From Tubiluchus corallicola (taxonomy: Eukaryota; Animalia; Priapulida), in the NCBI GenBank assembly GCA_030141605.1, contig JAQGDQ010000232.1, forward strand, positions 124,001-188,000: 64,000 bases of DNA, written 5' to 3'. Positions 27,347 to 38,668 of the stretch are shown piece by piece. The stretch's first letter is position 1, and every line of letters starts with the position of its first letter. Below the pieces are notes generated by a model. It searched no databases and was not told the DNA's origin. It was given only the letters and a program-made list of their open reading frames with translations. Both the position numbers and the translations under genes were made by a program.

Positions 27347-27531
27347 CAGTCAACTCTGTTTAAGTCGTATGATCGTATGGTATGGGACTAAGGAAATATC
27401 TTTATGCTAATGGAAATATGGGTTATATAACTATTTTTAAGCACACGCAGAAGAAGAAGACGACTTGGGAGTATGATACGTGTTAATAGAAAATTTAAGT
27501 TAATCATACACGAGTTAGGCAGAGTTGATTG
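27347..27531. mobile_element. Tc1/mariner (Tigger/pogo-like) MITE, 185 bp, between the two neuropeptide genes
   Basis: Imperfect TIRs CAGTCAACTCTGTTTAAGTCG ... CGAGTTAGGCAGAGTTGATTG, flanked by TA on both sides. Confidence 0.75.
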
Positions 27532-27711
27532 TACAATATAAAACATTATGAATATATATTTAGCCGAGGGATCACATTTACTAGGTATACATTAGCTGAG
27601 GGTACATTTACACGTTACATATAAGGTTGGTTCTGTCTCGACAACGATTAACGTTAGTAAAACCTTAACGAAAGCGTAGTCGCAGTGTGGTAGTGTCACT
27701 AAACAAACTTG

Positions 27712-28119
27712 TCAGGCGTGGTTTCCCAGTATCCGTGTGGAGCATGCTGCAACTTGTCGTACGCAATCTGTGTTTGGTTTGTGCACACATTTAGCTACGA
27801 TTCTTAGGCAGTCCCTGAACAATTGTCGTAAAACTGGGTTTGATTCATGGTGTTCTACCATGTAGGGTTGGTCAGAGAAAAGGATATGCTGCTGTCTTAG
27901 GTTTGGATCAGAGCGTTTGCCAAACACGCCGCCTTGTTGTAACACGGGTAATCGTCGCCTGTAGTAATTACGCAGCGCTTCATCATTGAAATTGCGAAGC
28001 GCTTTGACTGAGACCCAGGCGGCTGGTTTGTTAGACTGTGCCAGTACAAGACTAGTGAGAGAAAGTAAAGATAGAAGAAAACACCCAAAAAGTGCAGTAG
28101 ACGATGCAACAGTTGTCAT
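27712..28119 (-). CDS. Neuropeptide precursor B (single LPVLQQGGVF-amide; SIFamide/FFamide-like, duplicated C-X6-C tail), 135 aa, one coding exon
   Basis: Signal peptide MTTVASSTALFGCFLLSLLSLTSLVLA|QS; RRR-LPVLQQGGVF-G-KR (27951..27913); C-terminal DCLRIVAKC..DCVRQVAAC; acceptor TTCTTTTCAG 7 nt upstream of an AAAATG start. Confidence 0.88.
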   Translation of the reverse strand: MTTVASSTALFGCFLLSLLSLTSLVLAQSNKPAAWVSVKALRNFNDEALRNYYRRRLPVLQQGGVFGKRSDPNLRQQHILFSDQPYMVEHHESNPVLRQLFRDCLRIVAKCVHKPNTDCVRQVAACSTRILGNHA

Positions 28120-31100
28120 TTTGTGTCTGAAAAGAACAAGTAATGTTATAAAGAAATGTTCTTGTGCTGTGTCAGTTTGGATATGCAGTTACAAACTGTG
28201 CACAATATTGTGATTACATTAAACTTTTTACAAGAATATAACAATGCAAAAAATATTTTTGACAAGAGCCTTCGACATCTGTAAATATAAAATGCCAAAT
28301 ATGCTAAAACGAAGTACATGAAATTAAAGACAGTTCGTCCACAAATACTGTACATTCATTATAAGTCAATTAGTTAATCAGTCACTTATTTGTTGTCTTC
28401 CATTTTATGTTGCAAATTCCTAAGAATATTAAAATGAGAAAATTACAATGCACTAAAGCTAGGGCAACGTGTAGACATTATGGCACCATAGATTTGAGTG
28501 TACGTAAACATATTACTTTTTATTTCGATACATAGAATACATATTAGGCATCTACACTTGTACTACTTGAAGTCCATAATTAAAGGCGGTTAAATTAAAA
28601 GTCTTAATACAACCTATTTTTGTAACGTGGAATGACGAGTCATGACTATTTTACGTTTTTTTCTTATTTTTATGGCACTTTATGCCCTGAGAAAAATGAT
28701 AAATATAATTCTTCATCCACATGACCTATTGCATTCTGACTACTGTATTCACTTGATTAACTTTTTTGTTAGACAAAATAATTTATTAGACAACAGCCCA
28801 AATCAAATTGCGCGAGAGCTAATGGCTTGAAGTTAAACAGATGAAAGGTTTATAAGGGCATAGTAGTAATATTTGTAGTTTTAATACATGCGAGAGTAAT
28901 ATGTCTCGAAAAAATAACGGGCAACCGGCTGTGAAATTAGCACTTTTGGTTCTGTACAGTAACCTTTATGAAGTGCAAATTTCACGCTGCATTCATTGTC
29001 ACGTAATTCCCGTAAACTATATGAAAGTCACTTAATCGAAACTTTAAAAAAATACCAGCACTTTCTCTATCTTTGAAAATGTGCCAGATAATGGATAATT
29101 TTAACATAATTTTAATGTAATATAATTTTTAATCATCCGTTAAGAAGTAAATTATTTGTCACCAGTTTGAATTGAAAGCATAAAACCGGCGAAGCGAATG
29201 GAGAATTTAAATATCATTTGAAAGTGGAACAAAAGTTAAAGCAATGAATAACTTTGACGTTTTTTGCAATATTGGTCGGCAGAATAGTCCCGTGTTAGAA
29301 TAGGAAAAAATGATTTGTCAATATTTTGAGATAATTTATATAGTGAACATTCACCTTTCTATAACTCATCTCAAAAAGTGGCCAAAATTTGCCAGCCAAA
29401 CCGAGCCATTGCAAAATCCATAGGGCTTTTTCATGCTTCAGGTGTGTGCATACATGGCTACTTTATATTTTACATAGTAGTTAAGCAAAATCAAGTAGAA
29501 AGCCAAAATAGTAATCTGAGTTTCACTGAGAATCAATCCCGTAATGCAACATATTGTATCCTACTGTACTGTAAGCCAGATTACGTCACTCGGAAGCTCT
29601 AGTTAACCATTCTAGGTTGTGGTTCACTACCTATAGTGATCATTAATTCGCACAAGTTTCCCCGTATCGCTCTATGCTATTGACACGATTATTGCCATAG
29701 AAAAATTAATTTTATCATATCTACTAAGAACAGCGACTGTTCAAATAAACACGTATAATTGTGTAATTGAATGCCGTGACCCTAGGGGCGACGTGTCGCA
29801 ATTGAGAGCTCAGTGATTATCATGTTAACAAAACGATTGGTAACATTAAGTTTTGTCTTGGTGTGTCTTTGGGGACCTGTTATGAATACTATACACGATA
29901 TATGGTATATTCAACTTTGTATACTGCTGCGTCCGTGTTCAACCGTTCCAGAGCTGATAAACACAAAAGGCCATTATCGGTGACTAGACGAGCCTGGGAC
30001 AGTTCTCACTGCCTGAAAGCCGAGTAGGCGTCTTCATTACCCGAATTTTAACTCCAAAATAATTTAATGATTTAAGATCCACTGGGATGCAAAAGAACAA
30101 TGACAAGAAAAGGGGTAATAAACATGACAACATCTGGTAGGATGTATGATAAGTGATATAATAAAACATGTCCGAAACACAGCTCATAGTGGAACGTTAT
30201 ATACGCAATTCGCAATTAGGTCTTAGTGATTAGTGATTAATGATCATTCCACTTGGTTTTTCTTTATTGGATTGTCGTCCCATCTAAAACCACCTTCTTA
30301 ATTGTTCCCGCGTTGTAGGACCCTTTTTTTTAATTAATCACTGGCGGTCGGTAAACTGTTTCGAAAAAGAATTCCGCCATTTTTCTGTCAAATTGTGTAA
30401 CATGTATGAGGCGAAAGCCAAAGCGTTTTTGACCTGGCAATCACAACATACACATGTCTCCCCGAAATGTGTGAAAAAGTAAGATGCAGAGAACTTAAAT
30501 AACACCACCTGGGTCCACATAATTGTGAACCATCTCTAATATGATAAAATGCAATTTGCACTACAGTGCAGTACTCGGGGCAAGATTAAGGTGTGATCAG
30601 TACTAACAGCAAAATGCAAGTAATATAATGTAATACGAATAGTTTAGCGATTTAATTAAAGATCATTATTCGACAAACTTTATCAAGTTCATACAAATTT
30701 TTGGCTTTGTTTACAGTAAGTTGTGTCATAAAAGAGGTAATATGTTCAACATAGTCATCATATTTAATTTCGGGACATTCTAAGACCGCATGACTACATA
30801 TATGAAAAGAGAAATAAGCTAAAGATCTACTGAAGTGCTTGTGATGTCCTAGAAATAAATTATTCTTATTTTGCATATACGTTTCAAATGTTGACCTATA
30901 CCTGCAACCCTTATTCTGTCTAGTTTGTCGCACAATAACATAATTTTGTAACAAAAAATTCCTCGTACAGTGACTATCTCCCTACGCATTATGCAAGATG
31001 TTTGTTAATAGATAGGCTGATGTGCTTGTGTTGACGTGACTTCATGCTTTTCTATTGACTTGCAGCAAATTGCAGGAAATTGAAAAATGCTACTGACAAA

Positions 31101-34011
31101 TCAAAGTTAAATTTGAATTGTGTAATCAAAATATTATGATTGCTTGTTGCCCGTCTCGTAGTTTGCGTGATTTCTGTGTGAAATGGATAATTTTTACGGC
31201 TGGTCACGTTTAAAGAAAAGTGTGTCAATTTGCAGCAAATCCGTATATTTTGCTGACTCTGTGTTTGAATGCTATTGTAGTATAATGGGTGTTTAGCTAT
31301 TTAAGCGCGTGTTCGAGGCCATGCTCAACTGCAAAATTAAATATGAGTTTTGAGAGAGGGGTTTCCCAAAATTATAGAAGATATACATAATTCTGTTTGC
31401 ATAACGGACACTGCTACTGTGATGTGTAGTTTAGGTATAAGCCTGGTCTCATTAGAGACTGACTTTTAATTTCATTAAAATCTGTAAATATAACAAAGTA
31501 TTTGCATCTGAAAACACCTTTTAATATTCTCTTTTTTCAAAAGATGGTGCTACATTATTAGCATAAATTACTACAGAAAGATGTCATCGACTATATTTTT
31601 GTTGACGTGATGAATATTATATATATAGTAATATGTAGTAGTAATAGTCTGTTATGCAAATTTTCTTGATATTGAACAATCCCCAATTAAAGGCTAATAA
31701 GACGCAAATTATCCTGTTTTTATGCAGTTTTCCCAGAGGCTTGACGACCTTTTTAGCTCCTTTTATGTTTAGCAATTAAATAAACGCCCACGCAATGCCA
31801 TCTGGACAAACGGTAAATGACAGGTTCTCGCTGAACAGCTGTGACGTATGTCATGCACATTCATAGTTAAAATATTGAACAAAACTTCAAAGGAGAAGGT
31901 TTCTTTTTATCAAGTGACTTTCTAAAGTACAAGAAATTAGGTTTGATTATAGGCAAATAGATGTAATTAAGTATTATAAAAATTCAAGTTTCTGTTATTG
32001 AACAAACTGTTTTGTTACTTAGCAAATTTGTTACTCAGAAGACAGTGACAATAACTGCAACAGCACGAGTACTGCTATGGATAATAACAGCATCAGTACC
32101 ACTGATATCGTTTTACCCTGATCATCAGCGCCGTTGCCGATCGTTCAAAACATAACAAACGTCAACGTAGCCGATGCGACTATGAACAATAACAACCATG
32201 AAAAACAGCATCAGTATTATCATAACTTCCACTATCAGCAGCAATAGTAGCAACAGTAACAAAAACAACAAGAACAGCACCACTGCAACAACCATCACCA
32301 GCAGAAACAACAAAACAGAGCAACAATAATGAACAACTTTCAATTCTCTATGTAAGCACATTTCCGTTCTTTCTGGATTCAAAGTGTGACTGCGCGCATT
32401 TTTCACTGTTCATTCCTACTTAACGAACAAATTCATCCTACATTGCTTTTAATTACTGTAGCAAACTTGTTTAATTAGCAGAATCTAGATCATCTGCAAC
32501 CTGTCATCATTGTCATATATAGCAAGTATCATACTGAAATTTCCCTTTTTTTGTTTATGCTGTTAACACTACATATAATAGGCTTATTGCAAACACAGCA
32601 TCTCATATAAGCTGTTCACCTTATTGCGCCACCTGTTAGAAGTATTACTGAACTAATAAATGTTTGTGACCTTTAGAATATGATCTATGCAACGCGAAAC
32701 TGCAACTCAGTGTCAAAGCCAAAACGTCTAAAATTGCTCAATGTCCAAGAACTGAACATTATTCTATGGTCGTCTGCTTGCATTGGTTTTCACTTTACAC
32801 GCGGGAACTAAATGTTAAAACAACTTGCACAATTTACTATCAGGAGAGAAGAAAGACGGCTACAGTTTCTCCTTTTATGTTGTCTTTCAATGTCTGAAAA
32901 TCTGTGAATTAGCCGAGATGTTTTCAGTAACATGATGAGACAACGAGCAATGGCAATTAAACCATACAGACGGCCGATAGTCTCTGGCTTTTAAATGGCA
33001 CTAAAGCTACTGATGAAGACATTAAGAAACTTATTAGAGCGTCACATAAAATAGCCGCGATAACAATTATAATCACCAGGTGCGCCGCGTCGAATCTACT
33101 TGCAAATTTTTTTTTAATTATGTTGATAAGAGATTCATAATTTGATTACATGAGGATGTTTATTAAAAAGATGCGGTCGAGATTTAGCAGCTGATATTCT
33201 TAATTAGCGCTAAAAAGGCTGCAAGATAAAAGATACAGTTTACGCTTTTGGTGTGTAAACCAGTTTTTTCTGCCTTTGGGTGCCCTTTTCTTCAAACAAA
33301 CTTTACAAAATGAAGTTTATCAGATTAGACTCCACGGAAAGGTTTCACTGCATGGCGGAGCAAATAAATATAACGAAATTTATAAGTACCTATCCATATT
33401 TAACAAATGCATAAGCTTATATAGAAAACAAAATAAAATAAAGCAAAGGCGAACGCAAACAAATAAATATACAGCTTGATATCATATACTATGTTGTTGC
33501 CAGCTGACAAACAGTTAATTGTTAGCTTAAAACAACTGGTAACCCTTACAAATAAGCAATTTTACATTTAAGTTTTTAATTCAGATATGATTGTTATTAT
33601 TATGTACACATGAACTTCATTTGCTGATTGCAAATTTAATGCTATAGTTAGGTGCCTGACCTAAAATATTATATTCGTTGCAAATAAAATAATAAATTCT
33701 CTGTACTGTAACACGTTCTTAGAGTCGTGATGAAACTCTGCGTTACTGCAGACCTGCTCATTACTGTAGACTCACGAATGATTCCAAATATTCTACTATC
33801 TAGGTGCCTATAAGCCTACTCACACAGCTAGATTGTCCACGCTTTTTGACGTTGCTGTAGTAAACAGATAAATTAATATTATCTGACACTTGATATTAAT
33901 GTGGACTTACAGGTGAAGGATGTTATTTTATCTTTGATAGTACTAAAAGCTTGTAGGAATATTTACTTCGTCTGTTTCTTCGACGTTGTTAATACGACAC
34001 GTGAATTTAGA

Positions 34012-34314
34012 TTACGTCATTGCGCGTTCAGACCAGCTAGCTTTCTCGCCAAGCAAACTCACCAAGTAACTCGCGAGCGTGTTCACACTAAAGCTTACTG
34101 CAAGTTACTTTCAGACGGTAAGCGTGAGCTAACATTTCGCTGCGAGAAATGTCGAGCGTAACTCGCCAAGGCGTTCATACTGGACAGGAAGTCATCACGC
34201 AGCAGAGACTTTGCAATTTCTTGCTGACCATAACTCGCAATGCAGTTCACACTTACGAGTTTGGCGTCAGAGAGAAAACTCGCGACAGAAAACTTGCTAA
34301 TGCAGGCGCCGTAA
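34012..34314. mobile_element. Degenerate PIF/Harbinger-like MITE (same family as 48220..48574, opposite orientation)
   Basis: Right part CAGTTCACACTTACGAGTTTGGCGTCAGAGAGAAAACTCGCGACAGAAAACTTGCTAA..GGCGCCGTAA matches the reverse complement of 48220..48292. Left end is TTACG..GCGCGTTCAGACCAGC..TTTCTCGCCAAG. Confidence 0.7.
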
Positions 34315-37300
34315 TTCTTGCCGCTACTGTGGACGTAGGGAACTCACCTTATCTGTCTTTGATGTTTTTGTAGACGTCGTTAAACGAAATTGTAAATATC
34401 TGTTATATATATATATATAAATTCTAAGAAAATTGTATCATTCCAAAGCTTAGAAATAAGTTCAGATTAAATAATTTTTTTATGTTTCTACAGGTCAATT
34501 CAGAATAGGGCTCACCTAATCTTTGGTTGCAGTAGAGCACAAATAAATTTAGGTTGTCGATAATTGTCGATTGATATCTAATTTTCGACATTACTATAGA
34601 TCCACATCTATCAGCGAATTTAGGTCCTATCACCTATTCATGTGAGTTTAGGTTCTAAAATTTTTATCATGCCTACGGTTTTGACCACAGCAAATAAAAC
34701 CCCACGACCCAACTGTTCATTTTCTGAAAAGCCACGTTAAGTAGGAACATTGATCCAGTATTCTACCTTTATGTGAGATGAATGAAATGCGTGCCTCACC
34801 GTGTATCAGATGTTCCTTAATTTAACCCTACGAAAATTAATGCACTTTTACCCATACGGTTGCTATGCATCGTTTACCTCAATCTGCTTATACAAAGTCG
34901 ATATGAAAGAATCGCGTGCCAGGAATTAGATAATTCGCTGTAGCAAGTTGCTTTTTAGTCAGTCCTTTAAGTGCCGCGCGTTTTCGCTTTCATTTTTTAG
35001 TTCATTTTATATCTTATAGTTTTAGTTACGGCAATACCGCTAGGGTGTTAGACTTTGTTCTGTGGAAGGAAAAAATGTAAACTTTCAAATAGCATTCGCT
35101 CAAAGAGACGTGCTCACTGTACGCACTGTGCACTGTGCAAACCTATATTCAGATTGATTAAGTCATTATTAGATATTTCATTAATATCTTAAATATGTTT
35201 AATATATAGAAAATATTAAATATGGCGTAGTTTCAGAGTATCGTATTTAAATATTTTTTCGCTTAGTTTGAAGCATTCTAGGGCATAAACGCCAGTTTGC
35301 TAAATGTGTTTCCACGGCCATCTTGTTCTATTAAAGGAAAGGCCAAGCCTTCTGGAATGTTAGGCACGCTTCGATGTCTACGGAAAATGTTAGAAAGATT
35401 TAGTAATTAGTAATAAAAATGTAATATGCACCTTGTGTAATTAGTAAAGTCACTTTAAAATCGCAACCACTTCACACTTAGGCGCTACCATTCTTCCACC
35501 AATGACGTCATTCATCGACTGATGAAAAACAGCGCATTGCCAATTTCCGTCAAATGTATAAGTTTTTGCAAAAAATTTGATGGCTAATTTGTGATATTTT
35601 TGCATCAACATTAGGTAAGCTGCAGAAGTTTGAATTATTTTAAGCTGCGTACGCTCACAGAAAGCCAAAACACACTTGTGAAAAGTCGCGCAGCCCACCA
35701 GTTATGTCAAATTTTCAAGTGAATGATGGCTACTCAAATCAACACTTTCTTTCAAAGAAATTTCGCTTATGCCGACACTATAATGACAGAATTTTAATGC
35801 TTTTACCTGAAAGCAGATTCGAAAAGAGACTGGACTTAAAAAAGCATTCATTCATTGGGGAATGACCTATATTAAAATTTTATGAAGAGAAAGCGTGGAC
35901 TACGGGATTTAATCTACAGGATTTAATAACGTAAAAGTGTTTATTTAGAAAGGCTGCAGAAATTGCGAGACGTCTGTTTTCCTTCTCAAGTCGCTGGAGA
36001 CTCCGTTATACATAAAAGTACAAAATGGTGTTTTCCACAAACAAGAGTGTTGAGAAGTTGTAATGGTACATCTCATACTTGTGTTTCTACACCTGGAACC
36101 ACGAAGCTTTTAAACTGCAACTAGGTTAGGCGTACAACATGAACAGATATTAAAGCTGGTCGAGGTAAGCTGATGCTAGAAAAGAGCAAATTGTTCAAAA
36201 TTCTGTAACATAGTAAAGGACAGATACTTCATGGCCATAGCGCAGTCGCACAGACTTGAAGAATCTTAATTCTAACTCTGTCATTAATTCTAATACACTG
36301 AATGAAGGTCAGAAAGAAGAATGAACATAGATAAAGCTAAAAAATTTGTCTTGAAATTTTAAATCGTTTTAACAGTAAGTAGTTTGAAACCACTTGAGAT
36401 AACATTGCGTAAAATTTGAGAAAATAGTCAGAGCATTCGTAGCACACTCTTCTCAAACTAAACAAAAGTATAAATTACTTTATGTTATGTTGTCAATAAA
36501 ATCAATAATATGTTTTTGTGCAGTGGTGTATACTGGATTGATACAGTGACATTTTACCAATTGTCGAGCGAATGTTTTAAATTACTAAGATTTTCTATTC
36601 TAGTAACATAAGCCTTTCAAGCACTTAAGCGTAATGCTAAGTAATATAACTCTGTGTGGAAAGTTTTTTGGCGCATACTTTAAAATTGCCATTTCTTCCC
36701 CTTTAAATAAAATTAATATTTAATTTTACTAACGACTAACGGCAAACGACTAAGCCAAGCGATTTTTACAGTGTTTGACGTCACCACGCCTACTATACCC
36801 ACACACGTGTCTACATATTGTAAACAAATTTGTACTGTTGATTGTTATAATTGCAGAATATGTAGGTGATTTTATCAATATCACCTAGGGCCTCCTGTTT
36901 CCTGAACTGAGCGATTTTTACAGGTTGAATTGACAGCCGTATCATTGAAACAATGAAGAAAATCTTTACAGCAACGTGCGGGCAAGAAAAGCCAAAAGCG
37001 TTAACTAATCGTGCACAGATTTCAATACAAACGTTTCCAAGGGAAATATAAGTACGTAACTTTGAACAGGATATCCGAACAGTGTTTGAATTATTCACTG
37101 AAATTCGAAAGAGTGTTGCTTTTGTTCATTCATACAAACATGGTCATGACTTATCTTTTAGATATTTTATTTTTGAAATAAACTTATTTTTTAACCGGTA
37201 GTTTTCTTAAACTTTTTCAATTCAGGATAAGTAGCATGGAATCGCTAATATTATTCTGAAAGTTACACAAGATTTTATGAAGAAAATATTACAATGTCAT

Positions 37301-38192
37301 TGTAAACGTTTTTATTTTTAAAGTGTCTTTTCATTCTAACAATAATTTACATTCTTTCCGATTGTAAAAGTCATAAAAGTTGTACCACTAAAAATTGTTT
37401 CCATCACTGGTGTCGCTATATTAACTTTTAATAAAATATAAAACTTGTAAACATGTAAATCGTTCCGTGGAGAAGCGGCTCAGAGGAAAAGCCAGAAGAA
37501 TAAGTAACATTTTTGTACTTGTAAGCATTAATTGTATGTAGGCTTATTAGAAAACGAAGTATAAGAAGAGGTACCTGTGAATTATTTTCCAAAAGTAAAT
37601 GTAAATATAGTCTTTTTGAGTCATTACACGTGGTTTAGCAAAACTTGTACCACTTGCAGCTCAGCGTTGTTGTATCTTGATAACAGTTGACGTGAAGAGA
37701 TGTACATACATATTTATGTAGATATACTTTATTATATGAATGCCCACCACGACCTTTTATTTAAGTTATGAATGGTCCACGTCAATTTGATGAATTGTCC
37801 TCATGCACGCGACCTGTCTTCCCACGATTCATTGCTTTTATTTACATGAGTTTCTTTATTCAAGTCAGTCACAAAAGAGCAGATGTTGGTACAAATATTG
37901 ACCAAATTGACCATATGCTGCTACGTTCGTCTAGTTTAGTTATTTCCGCTAGGCACACTTTATAGGATATCTATATTATTCTTTAGACGCAAACTCACTT
38001 CTGTGCAGAGTAGCAATGCAATGTAAGATTTTACCCAATCAGTTAAAATCACGCTGAAATGCTTGCTGAAATGCCATTCGTTATAGACAAACCATAGCAG
38101 ATCCAATAGTACAGTTTCTTTAATTCGTATTTTGATTTTGCAGGTTTGTCTTAAATTGGTATGTTTACTATACCTACATCTACATCTATTCT

Positions 38193-38668
38193 ATATCTGT
38201 ATCTGTATCTGTATCTGTATCTGTATCTGTATCTGTATCTGTATCTGTATCTGTATCTGTATCTGTATCTGTATCTGTATCTGTATCTGTATCTGCATCT
38301 GCATCTGCATCTGCATCTGCATCTGCATCTGCATCTGCATCTGCATCTGCATCTGCATCTGCATCTGCATCTGCATCTGCATCTGCATCTGCATTTACAT
38401 CTGCATTTACATATACATCTACATCTTCAGCTATATCTATACCTACATGTATATATATATCTATATCTATATCTATATCTATATCTATATCTATATCTAT
38501 ATCTATATCTATATCTATATCTATATCTATATCTATATCTATATCTATATCTATATCTATATCTATATCTATATCTATATCTATATCTATATCTATATCT
38601 ATATCTATATCTATATCTATATCTATATCTATATCTATATCTATATCTATATCTATATCTATATCTAT
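38193..38668. repeat. Compound hexanucleotide microsatellite (TATCTG)n-(CATCTG)n-(TATCTA)n with degenerate flanks (about 38170..38770)
   Basis: Directly visible. Explains the IC/YL/HL/IY/MQ repeat ORFs in the track. Confidence 0.97.

Noticed and set aside
35795-35835. TTTCAG|GTAAAA on - as a recursive splice site
   Set aside because: Such juxtapositions recur in this AT-rich sequence (e.g. near 21035, 52140, 58470) and cannot be supported without RNA data.
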